Under the pieces are notes generated by a model. The model saw only the letters and a list, made by a program, of their open reading frames with translations. It searched no databases and was not told where the DNA came from. The position numbers were made by a program, and so were the translations under genes. A stretch of DNA of 61,663 nt, filler included. It is 9 parts of 9 records of this genome, joined end to end, with 100 filler letters (N's around TTAATTAATTAA, not from the genome) between each part and the next. Parts side by side here need not be neighbours in the genome. Positions count along the whole stretch, not along the records: positions 1 to 5,305 come from SRR31147125_120604; positions 5,406 to 12,324 come from SRR31147125_120693; 7 more parts are not named here. The stretch is one strand, 5' to 3'. Below, one piece after another: positions 1-12,424 of the stretch; position 1 is the first letter of the stretch; the number at the start of each line of letters is the position of its first letter.

Positions 1-740
1 ACCCTGTCAAGAATATAAACGAATCCATTTTCTGCAAATATTTCATCGCTTGTTATTTTTCCGTCGGCAAAATAAATATCCTCGGAACTGCCAAATGAGC
101 GATTAAAATAAAACTCATAATCGCTATTTTTTAAATCGTAGATGTTAAGAAACTCTTTGAAAAATATAGGCGCGTATTTTCTCGAATCGGTAACATTAAT
201 CCGATTGTAGCTTGAATTTAGTGTATCGACAATTTTTATTCCGGCATTAGCACCCGTTCCCTGGGCAGCAATACCGTATTTTTTGTTTTCTTCCTGTAAA
301 AATGTTTCCCGTTTAAACCCCCGGGGCTTATTGTTGGATATATCCAATGTATCTATCCAGCCAAAGACATCAAGCGAACGCAATTGGTCTTTGCTCCATG
401 GGTTTTGTACAATATGGTATTTTACAATTTTATTTAATTCGGAGATGGGTATATCTTCAACAGAAGTGTATTCAGGGTGTTCCTGCAAAAACAATGTCCA
501 AGCCTCATTAGACGGTGCAAAAATCGTATAGCTCCCGGACACATTTATTATTTTATCAAAACCAATCAACTCTATGCATTTGGCAAAAGTTGAAAGTTCG
601 GGTTGCTCTAAAATTTGATCATATATTTTTCCTGCCAACCAATCCGGCCTGTCGTAAATCCCCTCTTGAAGTTCATCTTTGCAACTACCCAGGATGACTA
701 ATATGAGTAAAGATGCTTTTATTAATTTTTTCCTGATCAT
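1..740 (-). CDS. Fasciclin (FAS1)-domain lipoprotein, 3' end outside window
   Basis: Manual translation from ATG 740: MIRKKLIKASLLILVILGSC (lipobox)...YDRPDWLAGKIYDQI...GSYTIFAPSNEAW...KYHIV...AENGFVYILDRV. It has the FAS1 H1 (YTIFAPSNEA) and H2-like (NGFVYILD) motifs. Absent from the ORF track because no stop lies in the window. Confidence 0.85.
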   Translation of the reverse strand, partial: MIRKKLIKASLLILVILGSCKDELQEGIYDRPDWLAGKIYDQILEQPELSTFAKCIELIGFDKIINVSGSYTIFAPSNEAWTLFLQEHPEYTSVEDIPISELNKIVKYHIVQNPWSKDQLRSLDVFGWIDTLDISNNKPRGFKRETFLQEENKKYGIAAQGTGANAGIKIVDTLNSSYNRINVTDSRKYAPIFFKEFLNIYDLKNSDYEFYFNRSFGSSEDIYFADGKITSDEIFAENGFVYILDR

Positions 741-867
741 AAAGGTTTTGAATTATTTACCTCGAATTTTGATTCCTTTTTACCTGCTTTTCTAACTAAT
801 TGCTGAGAAGTTATTTTTGACATCACCATTTAGTTAGTAGTTTTTATTTTCGTATATAAATTGAAAG

Positions 868-894
868 ATAACCTGGAGCAAGACTCCAGGTTAT
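868..894 (-). terminator. Intrinsic terminator-like hairpin after the T9SS gene
   Basis: Perfect inverted repeat ATAACCTGGAG-caaga-CTCCAGGTTAT, followed on the minus strand by CTTTCAATTT. Confidence 0.6.
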
Positions 895-948
895 GCATTT
901 CATTAATTACTATAAAACCTATTACTATTTAGATTTTATATTTACTCA

Positions 949-3900
949 TTAGCGCTTAATTGCTTTGTAGTAACCAATTACCTCTTTGTTGTTGCTAACA
1001 ACAATTATGTACATTCCGGAAGGTTGGTTTTCTAATGAAATTTTGGCAATATCTGAATCAGCATAGAAACTATAAATCTCAGTGCCTACCAGATTATAAA
1101 CCTGTAATCTTTCACCAGCGTTTAACCCGGAAATATTAATCTTACCGTTAGTCGGATTAGGGTACATCGCAATTCTATCTGCAATTAATGTGCTAATTGA
1201 CGTTACAAGACTAAGTGAATACATCGCATAGAAACTACCATTGGAAGAAGTTACCTTAACAACGTCATCACTGCTTACCTCACCTGTAGATTTTTCATCT
1301 CCATTGGCATCCAATACAACAATTGTTGCTCCTAATGATGGTTCAAGGTTGGTAAGAACATCGGCCACATCAGTTCCTGTTACAACACCATCAATAACAA
1401 GTTCTATCTGGTCTACATCATAAACAGAAGAAACAACATATGTTAAGAATGGACTATCAGAGTTTAGGAATGAAAGGAAGTATGTATTTGATACTTCTCC
1501 GCTTTCTGAAGTTACCACTACCTTATCATCAAGTCTAACAATTCCGTTTTCTGTTCTCTCCAGTCCAGATTTATCAACAACTTTAACAGTAGCTCCTGCT
1601 GATGGGAACAAGTTGTTGAACAAGCTGCTAACTGCAATTCCATCAGGGATTAAGTCTATTAACTTAACTTCCTGGTCAACATCAAACACATCTGAAACAA
1701 CAATGGCTTCATCATCAGAACCTGGTCTTAACCAGTAGTTAATTGTTGTGATATTGTCTTCGGCAACAACCTGTAACATTGTGCGGTCGTTAACAGAAGT
1801 TGAAACGTAAATGGTATCGTAATTTAACTTTGTTAACGAAACAAAGCTGTTATTAGCATCAAGAACCGTAAGTTCGGCACCAGTCGGTATGGAGATATTA
1901 TCAAGAACATCGCTCAACGTTGTGCCATAATCAAAGCCTGTTAAGGTACCTTCACCAACAAAGTCGTTACCGCTTGCGGGATCCTCGTCTACGGTTACTG
2001 AATATGCTGTTGAAGTTATAACTGCATCAGAGCTTAGACCTTCATCGGTAACACTAAGAACATATTTAGTTGTTTTATCTCCATTTGCAGATGTTACAAC
2101 CAATGTATCTGCTGATGCAATAGCAGCGTCTGAGCCTAACTCAGAGCCATCAGAAGAACTTACAACAACCAATGTTTGGTTTTCATCTGCTTTGTCAATA
2201 TTAGCCAGGAACTCCGTTACGGTTACACCTGTAATTAATCCTTCAATATCTTCTATCTCATATCCTGTAGATACTTCATAGACATTGGAACTAACGGTAG
2301 ACAAATACGTTGTTGTTGCAATAAAATAATGCGTTCCCCAATCGAGCATAGGTGTTTCAATCCATTGTCCTGGCCAACCACCAGCAGCACCATCAGAAAA
2401 TCTTGTCATACGTTCCCATTCACTTGGGGTATTTGTAATAGTATCTCCAAAAGACTCTTCCAAAGAAGCTTTTGGTAAAACATATTCTGGTTTTCTTTTA
2501 AATGTTGTGAAATTATGACCGTCTTCTCTGGCTTCATATCCGAACATCCATGCAGATTGATCCAGGTTACCAATTGCTTCAATTAATTCGAAGTCGTTAG
2601 GATCAGTTGCAGGCTTTAATCCGGCTTGAACAGAGTCATTTAATATTTTGAAAATATATTGAATTTCACCAATGTTACCTTCAGCAATTGGTACTTCACC
2701 TTCAGTTACGTTTTCTCCCCAAGGGTTTTTAGCGAAATCGTTTGTGTAGAATTGAACATCTGATTCGGTAATACCTGGGAATACTGTATCGTTCCAGCCA
2801 GTTGAGCCATAACCCCACCAACCATTAGTGGTAATTTCCGATAAACCAAAAACATCTCCGGGTTGAACGATAGGATTAACACCCAGGTCTGCTTCTTTTT
2901 CCAGATAACCTGGCGTGATAGCCCATGTAACACTGTCTACCCACTTATGTCCGGGTACATACTTTCTGTATCTTTGTAACCATTCGCCCGTAAATTGAAT
3001 TGCTTCTGCCGGGTTTGTAGTCTCTGCACCAACAATCATATAATTGCTTAAATCAAGTTCCAGGTTACCAGGATTACAAATTTCGAGGAAGTCGTTGCCA
3101 AAATAATATCGCATTACATACTCAGATACAAAAGGTTCTGCCAAGTATGGTTGAATATCATCCTGGTTTTGTTCTTTTTGCCATTCTACTTTATAAACAA
3201 TTTCTGTTGAATCATCTTCTGCAGTTACTGTATAAACAGTGGTTCTGTCTTCCTCAACATAACTTGATAAATTGGTTGCCCTGCTAATCTCAACTGAAGC
3301 ATTTTCATGTATTGTTTTAGCTGCAGTAGCAGGAACATTATCTATATCGGCAGGCAGCTTAAGTTGATAATTAAACGTGTTTGAACTGAAATTTGGAATT
3401 GTATCTCCTTCCCAACCGTATAAATACTCAAATAAATCCGGATCCGGAATATCTGGCCATGTGATGTAGGCTAAATGAGCTTCGTCATCTCCTTCGAATT
3501 CTTTAACTTTTAAGTAGTACTCGTTTACAGCACCATTTTCTGCTGTAACTTTTAATACGTCGCCATCCAATAAATCGGGCCTTGTCTCATTTCCATCAAC
3601 AGGAACAATTTCCCAACTTGCATTTGCCGGTTTGTCTAATCTTTCGAGTAATGAATCTACGCGGAGGGCATGCGGTAATCCCAGGTTAAATATCCAACCC
3701 GAGCCGGTTATCGTATCTTTACCTGATTCAACATCAATAATACGCGGCCAGCTTCCAACTTGTCCAGACATAATCTCTTCAACAAAAATGGCATCAGGAT
3801 CCTCATTGGGTACAGGAACAACAAAATTATCTGACTCTAACGGATCGCTAACAATAATCTCGAATGTGTCACGATCTGCATCGTTTCCACAAACGATTAC

Positions 3901-4910
3901 CTCCATCCAATCGCCGGTTTTACATGCAAAGGCCAACGAATCTTCTTTAACAGTTGATAAATTATAAAACCATGAAACACCCGGTTTCTCTTCCATTAAT
4001 TTCATTACACCATCAGGTCTTAATGTACCCCATGGCACTGTAATGGTTTTGTTTGCAAAATCAACATTGGCAACATCAGATTCCAACGTGTTTTCATCAA
4101 GGTTATAATCACCATGATTTTTATATGTCCAAGGTTGTGTACGATAACTACTACTACTTAAATTATCCAGCGCTATCCACTCAGAAGTGCTCTCGCCATC
4201 ACCCCTAACAAATGTTAGGTTTCCTTGCTTAACAGAAAATTTTCTTATTATGTGTGCATAACTACCAGCCCCTGCATACCCGGCTACGTCATATGCATCA
4301 GCATCAAATGCCATTTCTGCATTAGAATAGGTTGTACTGTCCTCGCTTGGAGTATCAAAAACACCCATTACCTGATCTACAATAACAGAGTCAAGAACTG
4401 TATCACCATCTTTAATATATTGCCTGAGGTAAACACTCTGCCTACCGAAATACATTCCAATCGGATCTTCATCGGAAACGCTATCTATCTCAGCATTTGC
4501 CAATTCCCCACTGATATCTGTCCGGTAAATTCCAACATCGGCCAGTTCAATAATTTTTGGAGGAGTTAATTGTGGCCCAACACCAAATCCTTCTTCTCCA
4601 ATCCCATTATTGTAAACGTATGGTCCATAATCGTTTATAGCAGCAATAAAAAAACTTTCTCCGGATTTAATAATTTCTCGGGAAGCATCATATACTCGCC
4701 ATCTGAAGCAATGAAATCGTTTGAATAAGACCGCCCGATTTCAAAATCGCCCAGTTGAACAGCCTCATCTCCCATGTTAGTAATTTCGATAAAATTTCTA
4801 CTGGGGTTACCCAGGTGAAATTCTGTAAAAATCAGAGTCCGGATTGTGTCTTGTGCATTAACAAGACCTCCGGTAAGCAGCAAAAGAAAAAGTAAAAGTT
4901 TTATTCTCAT
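949..4910 (-). CDS. Large T9SS-secreted surface protein with two lamin-tail-like domains and beta-sandwich repeats (one frameshift near 4650-4664)
   Basis: ORF 4635-4910 gives the signal peptide and LTD-like IFTEF..NFIEITNMGDEAVQLGDFEI and continues in the frame of ORF 949-4503. A second LTD-like segment reads FVSEYV..DFLEICNPGNLELDLSNY. V(T/L)AE(D/N)G repeats follow, then a type A T9SS C-terminal domain MYPNPTNG...SGMYII...KAIKR. Confidence 0.85.
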
Positions 4911-5062
4911 AGCACTTATTTTTAGTTATTGGATTCTGTATCGTATTATATTTAGTTAGATCAAAAAAACGCAGAATCCTTAAACGTTTTTCTGACCGGT
5001 TAATTCAGAATTAGCTTATTTGTAATTTATATGTCTTTGCTGATTTCATAGCTTTTGATGAT

Positions 5063-5218
5063 CTAGGTTAAGTATGCAACGAATAATATTATCAAGGTTG
5101 CGATTAATAACGTGAAGATTAATTCAATGATCAGGTCTTTACGTTTTGAACGAGACGGCTCAATGCCTTTTTTAATTTTATTAAGCAGAAGCTTGTTAGT
5201 AAATTCTTTCTTTTTCAT
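5063..5218 (-). CDS. Small 51-aa membrane protein (hypothetical)
   Basis: MKKKEFTNKLLLNKIKKGIEPSRSKRKDLIIELIFTLLIATLIILFVAYLT*: basic N-terminus plus one C-terminal hydrophobic helix. Below the ORF-track cutoff. Confidence 0.4.
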   Translation of the reverse strand: MKKKEFTNKLLLNKIKKGIEPSRSKRKDLIIELIFTLLIATLIILFVAYLT

Positions 5219-5305
5219 CTGTTTAGTTAGCACATTCTAATGCACAATGTAAATTAAACCATCAAACAGGGAATGTTAATTACATAGATGATTCAAAGAA
5301 TTACC

Positions 5306-5405
5306 NNNNNNNNNNNNNNNNNNNNNNNNNNNNNNNNNNNNNNNNNNNNTTAATTAATTAANNNNNNNNNNNNNNNNNNNNNNNNNNNNNNNNNNNNNNN
5401 NNNNN
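5306..5405. other. Artificial contig linker (first of eight identical linkers)
   Basis: N-run + TTAATTAATTAA (stops in all frames) + N-run, 100 nt. Composition and gene content change abruptly across each linker. Confidence 0.98.
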
Positions 5406-6173
5406 GAGTTCCTCAAGGCGGTGTTCCTGCGCCGCGGAGATATGACGCGTGATTCCCTCGATGTGACCGGCCCCGACGACGGCTACGATCTTCCTGCCGG
5501 GGGTCTGTCTGATCTTCTCAGCCATGTAGACGTCGCGCTCGTCTATGAGCACCCGCTTCATCTCCGGCATGGAGTCTCCCATCTCGGCCATCAGCTCGGT
5601 CAGGACATCCTGGTTGCGCAATTCCTCGAGCTTTTTCTCGTCTATTTCCTCCTTTTCGAACAGAGAGGCGAGCAGTGCGCTGAGGAGGTAGAACTTGCGA
5701 AAGAGCGACGTGGACTTCCATGCCCGCCGCAGCGTGATCCGGATGTCCCGGTCGCAGAGGTGGATCGGGATCTCGAGTTCCCGGGCGGTCCGGGCAGCCA
5801 TCAGCAATTCCGCGCCCGGCGAGACGCCGAGGTTTTCCCCGAGTTTCTTCTGGTACGAAGCCATCATGATGGAGACCATCAGGGTGGAAAGCTGGCGGTT
5901 TCTGATCACCGTTTTCAAATCGAGCCTCTGCCAGCGCTTCTCGTCGGAAAGGGCTTCAAAACGTTTGTCATCGAGTTCGATGCAGACACCGTCCGGCTTT
6001 TCACCACTGATGACCTCATGTACCAGGTCGACCGAGTGCTGTGACACGTGGGCAGTCCCCACCAGCATGATGGTGCGGTCACCATCCTTGATGACGTGGA
6101 CATCGCTGGGGTACTCACCGCACGGAGAAGGCGGGTTTTCATTATCTATCTGGTGATCAGGGTTGCATTCCAT
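5406..6173 (-). CDS. TraB/GumN family (pheromone-shutdown TraB-like) protein, truncated by contig end
   Basis: LVGTAHVS, VCIELD, GAEL, DRDIRITLRRAW, LIDERDVYMA and VAVVGAGH motifs. Confidence 0.9.
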
Positions 6174-6260
6174 CGTTGTGAGACCGGCTGACACGCCTGC
6201 TCGGCGGTTGGCTGTTGGGGTTAGGGGACGAAGTGAAACGATTCGGTGAAGGGGCGCCTC

Positions 6261-7979
6261 TCACACATCCTTGAGTTTGAGTTTGCTGCCGGGATGAATG
6301 AGGTTGGACTTCAGGTTGTTCCACCGTTTGATATGGTCCGGAGACGTGTTGAATTTTCGGGAGATTGTCCAGAGCGAATCCCCGTTTCTCACGAGATACC
6401 ATGTATACGGATCTTTTGTGCTGACGGATCCTGGCTGACGTTTCTTCGAATCGGAGAGTACCACGAGAGAGGATTCAGGTCGGGCCGGGGTCGTTTCGGC
6501 GAGTCCGGCCTGGTCCGATGAAGGAGCTGAAGGACTGGTGCTGGCCAGGTAAAGCGCAAGCTGCTGACCGGCAGTGATCTTGTGAACGCTCGGCAACCCG
6601 TTCCAGGAGACGATAAGCTCGGCAGGAACCTGGTAGCGCCGGCTGATCTTCGATATGGTCTCGCCTTTTTTGACCGTATGCAGGACGAGATCGTCCTTGG
6701 CCACCGTTCGTGCATCCATGCCCTCAGGAAGAATACGGTATGCGACGGTCTGGTATGGTATGCGAAGCCGTGCCCCTTTCTGGAGTTTGCTGCTGGTCAG
6801 GTTGTTGACCTTGAGCAGGGTTGTGGTATTGATGTTGTAGCGTTTGCAGACCTGTGCCAGTGTCTCATTCTTCTTTACGATATGAGTCTTGTAATCTGTC
6901 TGGACGACACTGTGAAGTCGCGGCAGGTTGTTCTCCGCGAGTGCTTTCGTGCCGCTCGGTATCTTCAGGACGTAACGTTCCCTGTCCAGCGGCGTCTTGG
7001 AAATCTTCAACTCCTGATTAAGCAGCATGAGCTCTTTCTGGTTGCTGCCGGTGAGTATCGCTGCTGCCGAAAGGCTCAGCCCCGGACCGACCTCGAGCGT
7101 GTCGTAGCTGAGGGGCGGATCGAGGACCACCTCACCGAACCCGTACTTGTGCGGTTCCTTGGCGATCATGATCGTCGCTATCAGTTTCGGCACATACCGT
7201 TTGGTCTCCAGCCTCAGATATTTCTTCTGGGCGATTTTCCAGAAATTTTCCGATTTGGTTTTGCGTATGGCTTTGCGCATCGTTCCGGGACCGCCGTTGT
7301 AGGCGGCAACGGCGAGGTACCAGTCGTCGAATTCCTGATAAAGGTCTTTCAGGTAGGCGACTGCCGCTTTCGTCGATTTTTCCGCATCCCTTCTTTCATC
7401 GACATAGCGGGAGACGGACAGCCCGTATTGACGACCGGTTGCCGACATGAACTGCCAGAGGCCGACCGCCTTGGATCTGGAATAGGCACGCTGGTTGAAG
7501 CCACTTTCGATCATTGCCAGGTAGAGGAGGTCCTTCGGCAGCCCGGCGGCTTCGAGTTCGGCGTGTATCATGTCCTGATACCGGCCCGATCGTGCGAGCC
7601 AGCGGGAGAAATATTTGCGCTGTTTGCCCTGGAACAGATCCAGGTACATCTCCACCTGCTTGTTCGTGACTACCGGGAAATCATAGAGCGGTTCAGCCTT
7701 GACCGGCTCGGGTTGGGTGACTGTCTTGACGGGGGGAATGCTCGTCTGCCCCCATTCACCTGTGGAAGCCAGTGCTTCGAGTTCCTGGGCAAGAGGAATC
7801 TCCGGTTCTGAAACAACAGGCCGTAGGTCCCGCTCAGCCGACTGAGCGGAAGCAACCGAGTGGTCCGCATCGTAACCGGTCAGTGACCCTTTCGTTGCAC
7901 AGCCGGACACGATGAGCAGTGAGGCCGCACAGATACAGAGCGCTGCGATGCGTTGGAAGTTCGGCAAACTGGTAAACAA
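6261..7979 (-). CDS. mltD: MltD-type lytic murein transglycosylase lipoprotein with three LysM domains
   Basis: Lipobox IVSGC. SLT motifs LAMIESGF, AVGLWQFM, AAYNGG and ETKRYVPK. LysM repeats HIVKKNETL, HTVKKGETI and YLVRNGDSLW. Confidence 0.9.
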   Translation of the reverse strand: MFTSLPNFQRIAALCICAASLLIVSGCATKGSLTGYDADHSVASAQSAERDLRPVVSEPEIPLAQELEALASTGEWGQTSIPPVKTVTQPEPVKAEPLYDFPVVTNKQVEMYLDLFQGKQRKYFSRWLARSGRYQDMIHAELEAAGLPKDLLYLAMIESGFNQRAYSRSKAVGLWQFMSATGRQYGLSVSRYVDERRDAEKSTKAAVAYLKDLYQEFDDWYLAVAAYNGGPGTMRKAIRKTKSENFWKIAQKKYLRLETKRYVPKLIATIMIAKEPHKYGFGEVVLDPPLSYDTLEVGPGLSLSAAAILTGSNQKELMLLNQELKISKTPLDRERYVLKIPSGTKALAENNLPRLHSVVQTDYKTHIVKKNETLAQVCKRYNINTTTLLKVNNLTSSKLQKGARLRIPYQTVAYRILPEGMDARTVAKDDLVLHTVKKGETISKISRRYQVPAELIVSWNGLPSVHKITAGQQLALYLASTSPSAPSSDQAGLAETTPARPESSLVVLSDSKKRQPGSVSTKDPYTWYLVRNGDSLWTISRKFNTSPDHIKRWNNLKSNLIHPGSKLKLKDV

Positions 7980-8206
7980 TTTTTATCTCGTGTTATATAG
8001 TGTACGTTGATGCCGGTGAGACAGTGCGAATCCGTGAGAATCCGGCTTGAGATCTGACCGATATCGATGTACATTCTCCCTGTTTTCAACCGGGTAAAAT
8101 TGACATATATATACCGAAAGTGATTATTTTAGCAAGGGAAATAGAATCCTTTGCGCGCTATCCTGCTGTTTTCACGTGTTTATGATGGATTGTCCCCTGT
8201 GTCCAA

Positions 8207-11200
8207 ATGATTAAGAAACTCTTTGTTGCGCTGTGTGCGCTATGTATCCTCTGTGCCCTCGCGGTCGCAGGGACTCTGTACTGGTTCGTCGTTATCGAAC
8301 CGGGAGACGAGATAGCTGAAGAGAATATCCGTTCTATCCTGGGGCGTGAAAGTCCGGTCTACTATAACGACGGGACGACGCCGCTCGGAGTATTCTTCAA
8401 CGATGCCCACCGTCAGTATGTGGACTACGAGGACATCCCCGAGAACTTTATCGATGCGCTGGTGGCAGCCGAAGACAATCGTTTTTTCAGTCATTTCGGT
8501 TTCGATGCTGCCGGCATCACCCGGGCGATGATTAAAAATATCGAGGCGGGACGAGTCGTGCAGGGCGGTTCAACCCTGACGCAGCAGACCGCTAAGAATT
8601 TATTCAAGCGTAAAGACCGATCCTATCAGGCCAAACTCAAGGAGTTGATTTTTGCGCTGCGTCTCGAATATCGTTATTCAAAGGAGCAGATTCTCGAATT
8701 TTACTCCAACCAGTTCTATGTCTCAGGCAACGGCCACGGACTCGGGGTTGCCGCACGGTATTATTTCGACAAGGAACCGGCTGAGTTGAGCCTGATCGAA
8801 GCGGCGTACATTGCCGGCTCGGTGAAACGTCCCAATTACTACAACCCGTTCATCAAGAAGGATCCGGCGAGTATAGAAAAAGCGAAAGAGCGGGGCAGGC
8901 AGCGCACCGGCTACGTGTTGAGATCGATGCGGGATCTCGGCATGATCAGTGAACTGGACTATGGGTATGCCAGCAATCAGGACGTACCTTTCAATAAAGG
9001 GAGTGTCGGCTATTCTCTTGACTACGTGATGGAGATGGTCACGGAGGCCGTAACCTCAAAACAGATGCTCGATACACTGAGTGTTAATGGAATTGACAAC
9101 ATCGCCACCTCCGGTATTCGCATAATAACCACGGTGGACAAGGATCTTCAGCAGGAGACCCTGGCGGCCCTGAGAAAGCAGCTTTCACGCCTGGACGTGC
9201 GCTTGCGGGGCTATGAACGCGATGAAGTTCAGCAGGAACTCAGCAAACTCACGTATCGTGGCGATCAGGCTGTCGCCGCCGGTAATTTCGTTTTCGGCAC
9301 AATCGGGGCGGTGACCAGGGGGGACGGCGGGATGCTGATCGATGTCGACGTCGATCTTGATAACGGCGGCGGGATTATCGATAGGGAGGGAATCCAGCAC
9401 CTTGTCGATGCTCGCGTGAAATGGCAGAGAAATCGCTGGAGCACCCCGAAAAGGGCGATACCGACGCGTTTCTCGAGCAGGTTCAGCCGGGGGATCGAGC
9501 CTGGCTCAGTGTCAGGGAGCTCGATGAAACGGGGCGGCCGATCTACAACCTCGAGCGTTATCCGCGCGTTCAGGGCGGTGCCATCGTGCTCCGGAGCGGG
9601 AGGATCATCTCTCTTGCCGGCGGCGTTGAAAACCGTTTCTTCAACCGTGCGATGTACGGCAAACGAACCATGGGGTCGTCCTACAAGCCCTTTGTGTATG
9701 CGGCGGCGCTGCAACTCGGCTGGAATGCGGCGGATATGCTGCCCAACGGCCGCGATATTTTCGTCTACCAGAATCAGGCATATTTCCCGAGACCGGATCA
9801 CAAGATCGATAACGAACTGGTCAGTATGAGCTGGGCCGGCGTGCGTTCCGAGAATCTCGCGTCTGTGTGGATCACCGCCCACCTCTGCGATCACTTGAGT
9901 GATTCGCAGTTTACGGACGTCGCGACCCGGCTGGGGCTTACTCCCCGGATTGTGAATGGCGAGCCAGAGCCTTACCGGATGTTCAAATCGAGAATCCGGG
10001 ATCGCTACGGTATTACGATGAACCGGGACCTGTTGCGCAAAGCGGCCTTCAGAAAAACGATCGGCTCCATTCAGCCTGACCTCGTGTTCGAAGGGCTGGC
10101 TGCCGAATTCGGTGCGATGAGCAGACTGCACTACGGCCTCGGGTTCGATCGGTTCCGTGATGAAATCGACGCACAGCTCGAAGCCGGTAACCTCCATGAT
10201 TATGAACGCAGGGAGCTGCTCCTGAGAAAGAATCTGCTCTCCGGCAGTTATCTTGACCTGGCGGATCAAAACCGCCAGCTTGACCGGTTTCTCAACCGGT
10301 CCGGCAGCATGGTATCGGGAGTCGGTTCCTCTTACGGCGATGAGGAGGGTGAGCGCTCCCGTCTCTACTATGACCCGGTGACCTCCACCTACGTGTTTGA
10401 CCGGGTCTCCCGGATGCCGGAGTACGGCCATCTCGTGAGCAGCTTCGAGTTCACCGCGGAACGGGAACGTCTCGATCCCTTCGAACAGCAGGAGCTGGTC
10501 GAATCGATCCGGTTGTCCAACCTCCTGAGCACGAAGGGGTTTCGTTTTCTTCAGAAACAGGTGGGGCTCGAGTATGCGCGACTGCAGAAATCACTGCCCT
10601 ACTCGATGGAGGTACTGACGGATGTGGATGATTACCGGACCCTGGTAGGCCTCACCTATCTGGTGGAATTCGGTAAATTTCTCGGTATCGAGTCAGACCT
10701 GGAGCCGATCCTCTCGTTCCCGCTCGGCTCAAACGTTGCCACGCTCATCGAAACCACGAGGGTCTATGAAACCCTGGTTTCCGGACAGGTCGACCTGTTT
10801 ACCGAAGACAGCGGAGAGGTCAACAACACTCTGGCCGTCATCGATCGAATCGAGTCGGAAGACGGAGCGCTGCTCTATCGACCTGAGCCTGTCGTGCGCC
10901 GGGGTGTGTCTGAAAAGACATCAATGGTTGTTGGCCATATCATGGAAAATACCGTTAAATTCGGGACCGGACGCTATGCCGATCAACAGGTGAAAATCAC
11001 CGGTTCCGAAGAAGGTGACGAATTGATGGATGAACTGTCGGTCTCGGTCCCGCTTTTCGGGAAAACCGGAACCGCCAATCGCTATACCAATGCGGCATTT
11101 TTCGGCTATCTGCCGACGCTCAACCAGGAGGGCAATGCAATGGTTGCCGACGACGGCTATGGCATCGGTGTCTACGTCGGCTATGACGACAACAAAGCGA

Positions 11201-11607
11201 TGCGCAGGAAAACCACGCGGGTCACCGGTGCACTCGGAGCACTCCCCGCCTGGACCGACATCGTCAATGCGATTGTCCGGAGCCCGGAGTTTGCCAGGGA
11301 TCTCGACCCGGTTGACCTGAGCTTCACCGGTCTTACGATCTCTCGAAAGGATTTGGGGCAGAAGAACCTCGCTGCCGTGAAGGATTACGGCGGCCGTCTT
11401 GCACTGCCTATCAAGGATATCGACTCGTATGATCGCTACACCCCGTCGATCATCACCTTCGGTGCGAAGGGGGAAAACGGCCGGTTCAGTCCCGCCCGCA
11501 GTTTCGCGCCGTTCTGGCTGAATCAGAGGCCGCAGTCCGGACTGACTCAGGTGCTTCCGGGCCCCCCCTCTGCCGCCAGCGGAGCCGTACAGCCGACTAT
11601 CGAGTAG
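8207..11607 (+). CDS. Class A penicillin-binding protein (PBP1A-like), frameshift near 9444-9455
   Basis: N-terminal TM helix and transglycosylase motifs EDNRFFSHFG and GGSTLTQQTAKN in ORF 8207-9829. Transpeptidase motifs SSYK, SEN and KTGT in overlapping ORF 9421-11607. Confidence 0.88.
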
Positions 11608-11680
11608 TGGTAGCGATCTCTGTCCTGCCCGGGCGCCATGGGACCGGCAGGCTGCCACGATACGGAAGATCAATCTTTTT

Positions 11681-11709
11681 TTGCATTTTCATCAATCGGT
11701 TATTACTAT
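11681..11709 (+). promoter_or_regulatory. Putative sigma70 promoter
   Basis: TTGCAT-17 nt-TACTAT, about 70 nt upstream of the ATG at 11782. Confidence 0.45.
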
Positions 11710-11781
11710 CTGCAGGGGAAAATAATCCTCCGTACAGCGGATTCAATTGAGCGATAATCCAACTCACACAGTGTAAATATC

Positions 11782-12324
11782 ATGAACACAGGTTATGGAA
11801 TTGCGGCTACGTTAGTGCTTTGTTTTCTCGTAAACGGTTGTGCGCAACAGCAGGTACCTCGACCGTATCAGCGGGATGCGTCCGAAACTGAACAGCCTCA
11901 GAGACAGCCTGAGCGAGCCGAACCGGTCGATTTGCAGGAACCGGCAGCAGTTGTCAAAGAACAGACACCTGAAATCGACGGATCGTCATTGGGGGCGAAA
12001 GCGCGACCCTTCTCCGCAGGGTTTATCAATGACCGGATCAGTTTTTACAACGATAAGCTTGAAACGCTGAAACAACTCGATGCCAAGACGGATATCGTGT
12101 CCATGGATCCTGAAAGGACGCGTGAACTGTTTACCTGTTCCAGGGATCTGCAGAGGATCCTCGATGGATACCAGGGATTTCACGACCGTCTGTTCCAGGG
12201 GCGTACGGAAGCTGGAGACCAGGCTGAGTATGAAAATATCATCACGTTGCAGCGGCTGGACCTCACCTTTCTGAGTGGCTCCTGTGCACCTTTACTTGCC
12301 GGTGATGAGGACACCGGTGAGGAG
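11782..12324 (+). CDS. Lipoprotein, truncated (possibly an LpoA-like PBP partner)
   Basis: Lipobox LVNGC, located directly after PBP1A. Function is inferred from position only. Confidence 0.6.
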
Positions 12325-12424
12325 NNNNNNNNNNNNNNNNNNNNNNNNNNNNNNNNNNNNNNNNNNNNTTAATTAATTAANNNNNNNNNNNNNNNNNNNN
12401 NNNNNNNNNNNNNNNNNNNNNNNN

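Noticed and set aside
5406..6173. TraB as evidence of a conjugative element
   Set aside because: This is the TraB/GumN (Tiki-like) family in a chromosomal cell-wall context, with no T4SS or relaxase genes.
5421..11673. Long antisense or alternate-frame ORFs (e.g. 6582-7811, 9265-10431, 10921-11673, and similar ones in other GC-rich contigs)
   Set aside because: Shadow ORFs of well-supported genes in high-GC sequence, with no recognisable motifs.
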